Position numbers and translations under genes: made by a program
In this document: piece by piece, positions 27,062 through 40,207 of the stretch
Numbering within the stretch: the stretch's first letter is position 1
How the letters are laid out: every line of letters starts with the position of its first letter
The notes under the pieces: generated by a model
What the model was told of the DNA's origin: nothing
Database searches by the model: none
What the model saw: only the letters and a program-made list of their open reading frames with translations
Source of the DNA: Rotaria socialis
Taxonomy: Eukaryota
Assembly (NCBI GenBank): GCA_905331295.1
Contig: CAJNYD010000496.1
Span: 1-64,000 of the forward strand
Reading direction: 5' to 3'
Length of the DNA stretch: 64,000 nt

Positions 27062-27832
27062 CTACGTTAACGGTCGAGTGCCGATAAATACTGGCTGATA
27101 AAAGCTTTCATCGAGTCGAATAACATTTTCAAATCCAGCATTTTGCATTAATCTGATGAGCTTTTCAGAACCAATTGCATAGTAGCGTGAATGCATTGCA
27201 TGTGTAACAACTTCTTTACAATTGAGATCTTCTTCAATCATATATAGAGTGAAATCATAATGCTGAAAATTTGGTTCATCGAAATCCCATACTTGTAAAG
27301 CAACATATCGTTTACCATTTTCTATCTTTGCTTTGCCATAGGGTTTAACAATATTTTTACCACAATGTTGTTCTCGATCATAATCCCGAATTGTAATCAA
27401 ACAACCACCGCCTGGTTTTAAACAAAAATACATTTGTTGAAGTGCAGATAGAATATCATCATCGGTAAGAAGATGTGGAATCGAATTATCACATGAAATA
27501 ACTATGTCAAAGTTCCCACCATGATGTCGGAAGGCTGTTCTCATATCACAAACAGAATACAAAATATTTGTCTGTCCACGTTTTGGAGCTTCTTGTTTAG
27601 CGCGTTCAATTTCGTTGACAGAAAGATCAGATGCAGTGACGCGATAACCCTTTTTACATAAGCCTATAGCTTGCGTGCCTATTCCACAAGATACATCTAA
27701 TACAGTCTGACGTTGAGACCAATTCGATTCTATGATGGCACTTAGCTGTGAACCTTGCTTTTCAATAGATGCATCCCAATCTTCAAAAATCAAATGATAA
27801 AATGGACACAACTTATCATAAAAGTTCGACAT
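27062..27832 (-). CDS. Class I SAM-dependent methyltransferase, glycine/sarcosine N-methyltransferase-like, intronless, bacterial type
   Basis: Motif I VLDVSCGIG, then SDLS, CDMR, FDIVISCDNSIPHL (compare GNMT/GSMT NSFxHL) and LKPGG...RDYD (compare RNYD). Substrate is not established. Confidence 0.88.
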   Translation of the reverse strand: MSNFYDKLCPFYHLIFEDWDASIEKQGSQLSAIIESNWSQRQTVLDVSCGIGTQAIGLCKKGYRVTASDLSVNEIERAKQEAPKRGQTNILYSVCDMRTAFRHHGGNFDIVISCDNSIPHLLTDDDILSALQQMYFCLKPGGGCLITIRDYDREQHCGKNIVKPYGKAKIENGKRYVALQVWDFDEPNFQHYDFTLYMIEEDLNCKEVVTHAMHSRYYAIGSEKLIRLMQNAGFENVIRLDESFYQPVFIGTRPLT

Positions 27833-28087
27833 ATCTAAAACAATTTTAAAATTTTAACAGACGGTATTTTAATGATTATAATAGAAAATTTTTCTTCCAC
27901 ACTTTATTACGATGATTGAACAATACATTTCTCGTATGATAATAATTTAACAACTGAAATCAATTATCAATAACAGATTGACATAAATGATTCGTCAGTG
28001 CTATTTATAGTATAAGAATGAAAATAATTACAATAATAAAACTCATAAACTATTATTTGGATTACTGATCACAGTGATTTTATGAAA

Positions 28088-28834
28088 GGAGGGAAGCGGA
28101 TAAGGCCATTTTCTCGCCCCCAATATTTTTGTATAAAAGTCGTATATTTGGAATCAGCATCAAATTCTGACCAAGATGAGGTATTTTTATTTTCTGGAAA
28201 ATGACTTTTTTTTTTTGGAATTTTTTTGCCCCTAGGACCCCTCAAGAATGTTGAAAATTNNNNNNNNNNNNNNNNNNNNNNNNNNNNNNNNNNNNNNNNN
28301 NNNNNNNNNNNNNNNNNNNNNNNNNNNNNNNNNNNNNNNNNNNNNNNNNNNNNNNNNNNNNNNNNNNNNNNNNNNNNNNNNNNNNNNNNNNNNNNNNNNN
28401 NNNNNNNNNNNNNNNNNNNNNNNNNNNNNNNNNNNNNNNNNNNNNNNNNNNNNNNNNNNNNNNNNNNNNNNNNNNNNNNNNNNNNNNNNNNNNNNNNNNN
28501 NNNNNNNNNNNNNNNNNNNNNNNNNNNNNNNNNNNNNNNNNNNNNNNNNNNNNNNNNNNNNNNNNNNNNNNNNNNNNNNNNNNNNNNNNNNNNNNNNNNN
28601 NNNNNNNNNNNNAAAATTCTGAATCGAATGATGTAGTTTTCACAAGAATTTGGCGAAAAAACAATTTTCAACATTCTTGAGGGGCCCTAGGGGCAAAAAA
28701 ATTCCAAAAAAAAAAAGTCATTTTCCAGAAAATAAAAATACCTCATCTTGGTCAGAATTTGATGCTGATTCCAAATATACGACTTTTATACAAAAATATT
28801 GGGGGCGAGAAAATGGCCTTATCCGCCTCCCTCC
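28088..28834. mobile_element. Foldback/MITE with long terminal inverted repeats spanning an N-gap
   Basis: 28088-28259 is nearly the exact reverse complement of ~28662-28834 (GGAGGGAAGCGGATAAGGCC...GGCCTTATCCGCCTCCCTCC). No TSD resolved. Confidence 0.85.
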
Positions 28835-31800
28835 TTTGTTTTTCTCATAAATGAAATAGATAAAAATTACACAGGTAGCATTGTCAAAGATGCCAATAGT
28901 TATTCACAAGATAGATGTCGAATTCACCTGTTGAAAATGTTTTTTCCAAAGATTCAGAATGAAAATAATTATTGTATTTGTAGAAAAATTTATTTTTCTT
29001 ATGCACTTATATCAAATCGAAAAGAATTTGACTGTTTACAAATGTCTACTTGAAATAATGAAGGAATGTTTATTGCGCTTGTAGCTACTACTACTTCTAC
29101 TGTACGATGCTTCGACTTCATAAATTTGACAATCCACCATCGATGTGTTGCCAAATACAAAATATAACGTCACACCCACCCTCGCACCTCTGTTACATAA
29201 GCTACTAATGTACTCGATAAAAAGTTGAATACTAAATTGATCAAAATGTTTAACATGTAGTAATAGTTTCCATAGCATAAATCGTGTTTTCCTAAATTTA
29301 ATAAGTAACCGCTAAGTAAAATGTTTTTTTGCTAAGTTAATAGATTAAAATTACAGTAAAAAATCAATTGATGAGTAGAAATTATTATTTTCAAACAGTC
29401 GGAAATAAAAGTTCAATGTACTTATATAAAATAAGCTAATGAAGCTTTTGTTTCTTGTCACGCTTGTTAGAACTCACCTATGGCAGCTTCATGATATACA
29501 TTTATTCGAAATGTATTTTCTTTCGAAGGTGTTCTGACTGAAATTTATTTGTTTTTCTCGTGTTGTTTCTTGTTCCTATGATCTAGATTTTTTTCCAAGC
29601 ATACATTTCTATTTCGCACTTTCTAGTGAATCCTGATGTTTTTTTTTCTAGATATGAAGTTGGTACTATGTAACAGCTGATGAAGCCCATGATACACACA
29701 CTGCTGCAACGAATGAGACTCACAAGCACAAAACGACAAAATGAACGTTGTTTGATCAATTTAAAGGTTTTCATAAGTTTTTAGATAATAGTTGAACGAA
29801 TAATTATAATAATTATGGAATAATGAAAAAATCTATTAAATCTTTATTTTTCATGATCATGAGTAAAATGTTATCTATTCACAAATGGAACAGGTGCCAA
29901 AGCATTGTACGTGAGTTTTTCAATGTTTATTTCTTGAATCCATGCTTTTAGTTTGTTGAACAGCATTTTAAGGAAAAGCGGTGTGAAAATGATCATCAAT
30001 ACCATGTATATGCATGAGATAATTGATAGAATAACAATTCTTAATTTTAAGTCTAATGTATTTGATGAATTGGTTGGCAAATCATAAAATAACACCTTGA
30101 CTAATTCTTCGTAAATATTACACCAAAGTGACGGTATCATACTGCCGAACCATAATATAAGTAAACCTAAAAATACTTAAAAATGTTAATAAAAAAGTTG
30201 CTGTTTGCGATAGGTTGTTAAATGTCGCACGACCTACAAAGTGACTAATCTAATATAGTAATTATTGGGCTCTAATAAGCTTCACACACAACCAAAATGC
30301 ACATAAGCAACAAATAAGCATATATGAAAGTTTCGTGCGACATCGAAAAAGTTATGAAAGAAAAGTAGTCAAGAGTGATATAAAGCATCCAGTTCTTACA
30401 ATGCAAATGTTTGATCATTGTTTCTTTTTTCCGTCATTTGATTCTGAAGATTTAAACCAATTGATAACTAAAAAATATCATACATAAACTCTTGTCTATT
30501 GACATAAACTTTGCTAAGTCGTTTTTATCAATCAAAATTTATTAAAAAATATTTTCTTCCACACGAAACAGAAAGAATTGATTTCAACAGTTGAGAAATC
30601 AATATATTTCTATTAGCACTATCTTTAGTCAGGAATTATGAATCCATATCGAATTCAGTAATGAAGAATGATTAGAAAAAGTATTTGATTAGAATCTATT
30701 GATGAATAATACAATGAATGCATGCACTGAACACTCTCAGAGTTCATTAGTTCATATGCTTTTCCCCCAATATCAATACATTCGATGTCTCCAATACCTC
30801 TAAACCTTCCTATGCTCTCAATATCTCCAACAAGTTTATGCTCAAACTTATGTTTATACTTAGGTCCAAACATCCATACAACCTTGACAACATTCAACGT
30901 TAACGTCGGAACACTCCTCGTTCATTTTCTGTATGTCCTATACTTGTGAAATTGGATTTTCTAGATGTTTAGGGTTTCCGCAACAACTTATATAACCTGT
31001 CGTATCATTTTAGAAATTCAAGCATTTTAACAAGTATGGTAAACGTCAAATTAAGTCACTTTCGACAGATCAATTGGCTTACTTCCGGCTGATCCTAGCC
31101 AATTGAATAAGGTTTTCTTCTTCGACTCTGTTGATGAAGTGAGATTAAGAGCAGCTAAAAAGTAGAGTTAATGTAATATTGAAAAATGCTGTCTTTAAAT
31201 GTTTTACGATCGGCGTAAATTAATTCATAAACTATTTCATAATTCCATGTCCATTGAAAATTACCTATATTGTCTTTTGGAATTCTAAAAGATCGAAAAT
31301 TTTATTTAGAATGCTCTAATTACTCTAAATAACTTACATAACGACTCCGTTCAAACTTTCATCAGTAAACATAAGACCGATAGCGCCTGGAAAGGCTGAA
31401 TTAAAATAACTGGCCGGGATGATATTATCATTTTGAACAACTAAATGTGCGATATGTTTTTTTAATTTGTCGTTAATTTTTATGTAATTCATTCTTTGTA
31501 TTAATTCCTAAATGTAACCAATATCACCTAATGGAGACTAAATATTTCTCCTGTAGTCATAATTCTTTTAAAAATCTGTTCCAAATTACCTGCCACTAAC
31601 GAAAATTTTCTTGAAATACAAAAATATATTGACCGAAACCTAATGGTTTCTGAGACAGTAATTTCTTTACTAACACAACCAAAACGACTCGATCAAAACG
31701 AAAAGTTTTATTGAACAATGAATCGAAAATAAAGTATAAAACGGATTAAAAGTAAACCAAAGTTCCAGATAAGTATCAGCACTATTTCTTATCTAAAAAA

Positions 31801-32417
31801 ATATGTAAACAGATAAAGAAATATGTGAACTTACAAAAAATAAATCATCATTCTAAATACAGAGGATAACTATGCATATCCAGTGTTTTGAGTTCTCGAA
31901 TCAAAATGTAAAGCAGTGTATAACACTCAAATGGCAAATACTCGGTATAGTTTGTTTTCGCTATGTGTCTACAGCTGCTGTTGGACATAATGATAGTGTC
32001 TGTGTTTCCATTAAACGGTAACCACAAGTGTCATTATGACACTGGGAATTTTAGTGATTGTATTGTATCTCGTTTTACCCCTTGATCAGACCCAATAGAA
32101 ATTAATAAGCGGCGATAGCGTGTAACTTGATTCGTCACTTAGCGCCATCTAGTGATTTGGGGATGTTCTTTGGGTCATGTGATATTAATCAAAACACACA
32201 CGTCAACCGTTTAGCGTCTTGCACTAACGACTAATGCTTTCAATAGCAGATTTGAAAGTGAACAATGCACGTTCAACAAGATATCGGACAATTAGTATTT
32301 TAAACTCATAATATGTCAAAAGGCTCGAAATTTTATCGCAATTCCAATGTAGCAGACCTCTTTTTGGGTCAAATTTCTCAGAGAACTGTTCAGAACAAAT
32401 CACTATCAGACTGAGTA

Positions 32418-32747
32418 GATGTCTAATTCGACTTCGAATACAAAAACAAACAGTGAAAAAAACCGCTTTCATGTTTACTTAGGAAAATGCCAAACAAAAA
32501 CGTTTTCCTTCTTGCATAATGCGATTTCGAATTAGGACGACAGTTCAGAGATGCCCCCACACCAGCGCTTCAGTAGTCCCTTCTTCATACCCTCACCGGC
32601 AAATGTTGACAATTGGAAATTGAATTATATAGAAAGGAAACGTTTATCTTTTCCTTTTGCAATAATTATAAATGAAAGAGTCGTTCTTTTTATTTTCGAA
32701 TTGAAATACAGTATTCGAAGCTGTATTTATATTAGAATTAGGCATCT
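32418..32747. mobile_element. Degenerate MITE related to the element at 46356-46711
   Basis: Begins with TGTCTAATTCGACTTCGAATA and ends with ...GAATTAGGCATCT, termini similar to the 46.3-46.7 kb element. Confidence 0.4.
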
Positions 32748-33056
32748 CATGCTAAATTTTGACTAAAGTTCAGCAAATCAATACATATCCTAATACTGGT
32801 TTTCTAAACGTTTGCTTAAAAGTTCTCCCATCACATTTCATGTTGGAATGCTCTCTTTCCTGCCCTAACCATAAACATTTTCATTTACTGCAATCAATTA
32901 TGATTATTTTATTTAAAGTTAACATCATCTAAGTACTGATTGAACTCTTACTGTGAATTCATATACAATGAGCAACATTAGCTAATTACTGTTTTCTTTT
33001 ATTAGTAAAAAGAATTGTTTATCAATTAAATTGTGCATTTTATATACAACACTCAG

Positions 33057-35185
33057 TTAAAAATCTTCTTCGTCGTCGTCGTCTTCTCCCTTGTCTCGCC
33101 GCACAGTTTCAGGAGAATAAGACAATTGATATTGGTCTTCATCTTCAGACGAATATGGCAATGCGTCAAAATCTTCCCTATTGTTATCATGTGATAAATG
33201 ATAACGGTTAACTAATAGATCAACATCAATTGTTGTTATTTTATTCTTTTTCGATTGTCTTCTATCGTTTGATTTTCTTTCGATATCATTTGAATTCATA
33301 TTTTCCTCCTCCATTGCACAGATTGGAGGATTGTTCGTTGTTGTTAAGGGCCAAAGTTCAGATTCGTTTCGTTTGTTACTAACACGAGAATAATGGTCTA
33401 TTTCTTTGAAATTTCCCTAAAAAAAAGAATTTTATATTAGTCACAAATAGCGCATTTTAATAATTGAACTTCATTTTATTACTAGTAATAATCAAAACCT
33501 TTTAAATGTTCATAACTTAATACAAATACAATTAATAAATTGATTATAAGCAAACTGGTTGGCTTGCTTCCGATAGATTTCATTCTTGAATGATTATATG
33601 TAAAGGCAGTATTCTCATTCAAGTTTTGTTCTCGAGAAGTTGAATTTCCTAGTATTTTAACTATCACCACTTGAAAAACTATTCGAACATCAGTTTCACT
33701 ATTCATTAATCTTCAGTGCATACAAAATATTCTATCAATATTACGAAATTCACCAATCATCTCAAACTGATGAAAGTTATTGGCATGAAATAAGCAAATC
33801 AAACTACTGATCGAGCTTTCTTGTCGAGAAAACTGCTCATTGCATTTAAGTTGATCGCTTAGAAGAAGAAAAATATTCTGAGTAAATTGAATACTACAAT
33901 TGAAATGGAAAATGATCAGTATGTTTTGCTTCTACAAATATCAATAGAAAGTTGATTAATTAGTTTCGTCATTTTCTTCAATTCATCTCATTTCCAGTAC
34001 TTACATATAGATAAAGAACTCGATATCACCTAAGTACAATATATATGTAGGAAAATAAAGGAAGAAAGATAATCGTTTATATTTGCTTTACAAATGAAAT
34101 ATACGAGAAAAACTGTCAGTCGTTTTTTATGTGATTGAATATTTGAAACTATGATTATATATGTATGAATTATTATGTGAATGTTAGATAAATAGTTTCG
34201 ATACAACTGTTTGCCATAGATATAGGAACACATAAAGTTGATTGGATAGAAATAATGAGATATACCTGATATTCATTAATATCTGAGTCAGTTGCATAAT
34301 CAATATCTCGTTGATCAGGTAATTTATTATTTAATAGATGCTGATTCCATTGTTGACATTTTTCTTGTTCATATTTATCATCTTCACACATAAATTGTAA
34401 TTTAAGTCTTTCAGTATGCAATGATTTAATCGATGATATAATCGATTGTTTACTATTCGATAATAAATGTGATTGTTGATTTATTAATAGGAATTCTTTA
34501 TATATTGGTTTTGTACGTAGAATTTCTTGAATAGAAATCCCTTTATTGTTTGTTCTGTCAGGAGACGATCTTAAAAAATTGAAGATATAATAGAAATAAT
34601 AGGAATTCATTGGCATTACCTTAATTGAAATGTCCATTGTTTATTATAATTATGATTATCTAGTGGTTTAATTTGTTTAATTGTTTGAATACATTCAGAA
34701 AACGATTGGTCAAGTTGACTAATTAATTGTTTGGTATTATCATAAATAGCACGTAAACATGGATCATGAATTGTATGCAATTCAATTAAATATCTTCGAA
34801 GAATAATTGGATTTTGAAAATTTCGAATAATATTAATTGCAATCATATCTGCCAGTTGTTGAGATAGTAAATCTCTTAACGATGCTACACATAATGTTAT
34901 ATAGGATGATATATCTCTATCAACACATTGGTAGACAAGTGAACGATACATTTGACGAGGAATAAATAATTCTAACAAAATGAAAAAAATATATTTGTTT
35001 TTTGAATTCGAAAGAAGTTCTAACAAACTTGAAGGATAAATATTTTCCTGATAAATTATTTGATTAATAACTATATCAATAAATTGTAGACATCGTTCAA
35101 ATATTTCTGGACGTATCTGTTTTTCGAGTAGGCGTATTTCACCATGTTGTCGTCTATAGGGATGAGTATTGGCACTGATTTCCAT
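33057..35185 (-). CDS. Uncharacterised multi-exon gene (weak resemblance to sorting-nexin PXA/RGS segments); exon chain not fully resolved
   Basis: Open exons 34620-35185 and ~34265-34570 with GT-AG boundaries, and an acidic terminal exon 33057-33417. The middle exons do not join cleanly by eye. Confidence 0.45.
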
Positions 35186-35309
35186 CTAAAATTACAGTAG
35201 AATTAATCTTTCTAGAATTTATTCAATTACACATACTTTGTTTTCTATTTTATTTTCGATCGAAACTTTTAAAAAAATCAAACAAGAAAAAATAAATAAA
35301 TATAAGAAA

Positions 35310-35953
35310 TCATTTAGAGGAATTTGAAGCATCTTGAGGTTCATCATCAACTATTTGTCGACCTAATTCAATAGAGAATTATATATTGTAATTAGAAAAA
35401 AAACTAAAATAGATTCCTTTACTTTTAGTCATATCTTGATGAACGTTAGCTAATGTATTGGTAATAGTAAGACAATCACGTTCAATAATTTTTGAATAAT
35501 TTTCAACATCACCTAATACCTACGCTCACGAAAAAATATTCATTTTAATTAAATTATAGTAAAACAAAATTACAGACTTTCAATGCATCAGTAAATTGTC
35601 CAATCAGTGTAATCCATGCTTGGGATTGTTTTAAAAGTAAATTTGTTTGTGTTGTCAATTGTTTACATGCGTGATCAATCCTTTTTTGATTTTTATAACA
35701 TTCAGAAACACTTAAAATAATACGAAAGATTTCAATAGAAATGAAGTCGATTGAATAAAACATTACTCATCGTTAAGTCCATCTAGTACAAGACGAGTTA
35801 ATTGTTCGGCTGATGATAGTAATTCTTTTTTTTTCTTTTCTAAACAACAAAAACATTTATATAAAAAAAATTATGTATGATTTGAATGTTACCTTGCTTT
35901 TGTTTCAAAACTGAAGTATGCTCTGTATGTTGACGATAAATATTCGAGAGCAT
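35310..35953 (-). CDS. BLOC1S1: BLOC-1 subunit 1 (GCN5L1), 5 exons
   Basis: MLSNIYRQH...LVLDGLNDDVSECYKNQKRIDHACKQL...AWITLIGQFTDALKVLGDVENYSKIIERD matches the BLOC1S1 pattern (NQRKLD...ALKEIGDVENW..IE.D). Confidence 0.88.
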
Positions 35954-37581
35954 TTTCGGCACAACAGAATACAGCTTTAACGGAAACTTTGCTTGTCAAT
36001 GAATTTTTTTATTCAACGGAAGTACCATGAATGGTCGATCTTAATTCCTATTATCGTAATAACAATCTAAGATGGCGCCACATGGCGATAAGACAGAAAC
36101 GAGTAAATATATTTTATAAATATTCTACATATTATAGATTATATTTAGTATATCATCTATTCAAAATATGTTGTGCTATTCAGATGTATTACGAGAAATT
36201 CCTTTTTTTTTAAATCTTGTTTTATAAATTTTTCCCCCCTTATATTATAACGTTTTAGACAAACAAACATAGCTGCTCATGATGAATAATCGCATTATAT
36301 GATTATGTTGTACTTGGAGAACAAGAAAGGGCTTTTACAGATAGATCACCAAAACCTTGTCAAATGTTTTTATGAGTCATATACATTTCCTATCGATGGA
36401 ATTCTCTTCTAACTATTGTGAAATATTAGTTATATCTTGATTAAACATTTAATAATATGCATTAACCCATTCTTGATTTTCACTAATGACTGTTTCAGGC
36501 AAATCTGAATCATAACAAATAACTTCATTGATGTATACCATATTTAAAATGACAAAAAACTGATTTACATTGTTTAGTGTGGTTTGTTTTGCTTGACTAG
36601 TTAAATAAACAGTTAATGTTAACATTTTAAAGTTTTTGAGCGACTTTAATCTATTCAATGTCACTTGTGTTGCTCGTTCACCCACTAATTCTGTAGCTAA
36701 TAACTTAACGATTTTGCTTTCTGAAACTTGTTTTGTTCAAATACCTATTTCAATTCTTTCATTTCTTAAAAAAAGTCACTTCAATGCTTCATCTGTTAAA
36801 CAATAAACTTCAAGAATTTTTCACGGTGTTAATGATGAAATTAATAACATATTCCTTGAAATTATGGCATTTTATCGAGTTTCACTTCATTAATGAATAT
36901 TAAGAAATGTTTAATGATATTTGTCTATTTTGACATGAATTTCTCGATTAAATTTTTCTTGAAATAACTTCATTCGATTTATTTTAAATATTAATTAAAA
37001 CACATAATAGTTATTTATAAACGAATGACTTGGAGATGATTACCAGTTAAGATGTTGATCAATCGATTTGCTAATAAACAAATGAGCTCGAATAAAATTG
37101 TCTATCTAGAATAGACCATATTTTTGATCCAGAATAGTTTTCGGTTACGAATTGCATCCAACAATATAGTGGAATTAGTCAAGAAGGTAGTCAATGGAAA
37201 AAGAATCTTGGTGAAAATGAACTAATTCAAATGAAAGAGAGAGAACTTTAAATCTATATTCCCAAGTAATGGCAGCCAAAGGAAAACTACGGTCAACCAC
37301 CGACTTTGCTTCGGTTTTTCATTAAATAGGTTTCATATATCAATTAATAATTATCTGGATTATTTTTATTAGATTATAGTTCAATAAAAAGAGCTTAAAA
37401 TTGTATAGATCCACCCGAAATAGGAAGAGAAATTTATTTAATTTGTAAAGAAAAGAATACTGAAGATAGTAAACATCTACAGAAGAATGAAACACTTCCA
37501 TACATTTCTTTTTCATATACTTTATTCAAAAACTATGACAAAGACATCATCGAACATACGAATCAACAAGTTAATAATCGT

Positions 37582-38924
37582 TCAATCCATTACTCTGATA
37601 TCTGTTATAGACAATAGTTTTACCTGATAATTGGCATAACTATCGAAAAATGCTAAGATACTTCTAGCTGTCTCTTCCGGTTTATCGATTGCCATGAAGT
37701 GGCCACACTCATCGAAAATAATGCATTCCGTATTTGGTAGTAAGTTACAAAAAAATTCAGCGCCACTGGCAGCATACACCTAGATGCAAAAGAAGATTCG
37801 TGTTTAAAACAACCTATCTCATCAATTGATACTTTATCTTGACGACCCCACAAGATTAACGCTGGACGATTAAGCTGTCGTAACTGTTGATAATGTTGCT
37901 CGATATGTGAATAGTCATATCCGATAAGTGAAGTAAGTACTAAAATCTAACGTATTTAATCTCGAAGAATATTATTGGTATCATACTTTTCTTATGCTCA
38001 TCCAACAAACGCAATCGCAAGTGCAGAAATCCATTGAGAAATGGCTTCGGCAACTTCGGTGTTCTAACTGTCAATGTATTGATCATTTGACGAAGTTCTC
38101 CTGGTGTCTCCGGCAAAAGAGCATTATATTCACCATTGCGTAATTGTCGGATCAAATCAGTTTCAGATGCCTCATTTGCTATTTAAATAATTGAATACAT
38201 CAACACAGTAAAGATCATTCATACTCAAAATTTTACCTATTGGTGCTAGCAAGCAAATCATGCTTACGTATTCCGGATATTTAATAGCAAACATGCATAC
38301 AATCGCACCGCCCATTGATGCACCGATGATACAAAGTGGTTCGGTCAAATCCATCAAATCAAAGAACTAATGGCAAAATCACATGTGGGACGAGGAAAAT
38401 ATTGATTTCAAATAGGAATTAATCATGAACTTTACCAATTTGAGTTTCTCCACAAATGTATCAATCGAATATCTGTCTTCATTGAAACCCACGGTTTCTC
38501 CGTGACCCGGTAAATCAACAGTGATACAATGATAATCTGATGGAATATTCTGTACACGCAATAAATAATATAGTCAGATATTAATATAATTTCGTGTCGA
38601 CTAACTTTGACAATCGGTATCCATGTTTCTTTATTTGACGAAAGTCCATGAACAAATACAATACTCGGTTTCTCTCGATTTCTTGAGCCTTTCTCGGTAT
38701 AACTAAACGAAGCAGGAACTCCATTATTATCAGTCAGAAGCAAATGTTTAGTGAGACCAGCTTGATATGCAGTGAACCTATAAAATTGGATTCATTCAAA
38801 AAGATAACAAATACTCTTTTTCAAGTACTTATAATACAATTGAACGAGCCACGCCTGCCTATAATGCGTTGAAATGTTCAAAATATCAATTCATTGTAAG
38901 AAAAAGTCTAAAAGCAGCTCACAT
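37582..38924 (-). CDS. ABHD6: Alpha/beta hydrolase, monoacylglycerol lipase ABHD6-like, multi-exon
   Basis: IVFVHGLSS, VDLPGHG, nucleophile motif GASMGG, LWGRQD and catalytic His in ECGH. Short GT-AG introns. Confidence 0.82.
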
Positions 38925-40207
38925 GATGTATGATGGTTTCTACCTATTCAATAATATTTGTAAAATGCCTTCATCTACAACAACCAAATCAAAATCATCA
39001 TGAAGAAAAGAAAAGAACGATTCTTCGAGTAAGCAAGCAAACGTTTTTCTCAAACAGGGTACCAGATACAGAGCAAAAATAATTTCAACTTCTCTTTCTT
39101 CCGAAAACAACTGTTTTTCTCTTCAGGAATAAAGAAATTTTGTTTATTTTCAACGAAGAAAATAATAGCTTTTTTTTCTCTGTTCCTATTATTTTAATGT
39201 CAACGTTTGACTATTTAAAAATTTCATCCGTAATACGGTTATTTATGTAATATATTAGATTATTCCTTGCTTAGAATACATGAGAGTTTTCGCTCATTAA
39301 TAAGTATTCGATCGTAAATGGCGATAAAAGTAGAAATTCAACTTTTTATTTTCAGTAAATAAACAGTAGTAGTATGTATGTAAATTCTACCAAAAAAAGT
39401 ATTCAATGATTAGCTAAAACAGATTAGCATACATTAGAAAAAAAAAAGATCCGAAATTCAAATCATCACATTCATGTTTAGAAAACTATTGATTATATAT
39501 AAGAATAGTCAAATTCACACTGAAACGTTTTGGAATAATCAGATCATAGTATTTTATGTTAGCCATCTCTTCGATTGTTTTAATACTTCCAAAAACATAT
39601 TTCAGCCCAAATCATCGGATTAGATATTTATTAAATCTAAATTCCTAATAATGCGATAAAACTTGAATCGAAATTATCCGCTATCAAACACTGAAATCCA
39701 AGGTAATGATCTAAATTGTTATAGCCTATCGTATTAGCGTCTACTGTAGAGATCTGAACAATTGCAAATAGGTATGAATCAACATTACATATAATATGTA
39801 AAAAAAGACCACACATATAGTATAGGTGAGCACTTCTTTGAGAAAGTTATGAAGTATCTCTTAATTAAAATTTTTTTGAAATGATTAGATAGATGAATGC
39901 TAACAACGATGACTGTTTAATGATTCAATCTCAGAAGAAGGCTAATTCTCGAACAATCAAGTTGATTGTTTAATGCTCATAACTGTAATATATTATTTTT
40001 GATGTGAAGTCAAATGGTTTGAATTTTCAGCCGGATTTTTTTTATATATCTTTCTACAGTTTAAAGTAAATCTTATAAATAATAATTATTTCATTCGAGT
40101 CTTATAGCAGTATTGAAATAACTATGTGACTAACAACAGCAGGAGTATATTTGCGCTATACTTTTTCTCTCTCTCTCTTTCTCTAACTATTCTTATCATA
40201 AGAGACG

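Noticed and set aside
25511..27832. Bacterial contaminant contig
   Set aside because: Contiguous with intron-rich OGA without a gap, host-like AT content, and a eukaryotic-style presequence. Read-level confirmation is still desirable.
29871..31640. Exon-like hydrophobic and globular fragments on the minus strand
   Set aside because: Multiple stops and no recognisable family. Probably decayed genes, but a call cannot be supported.
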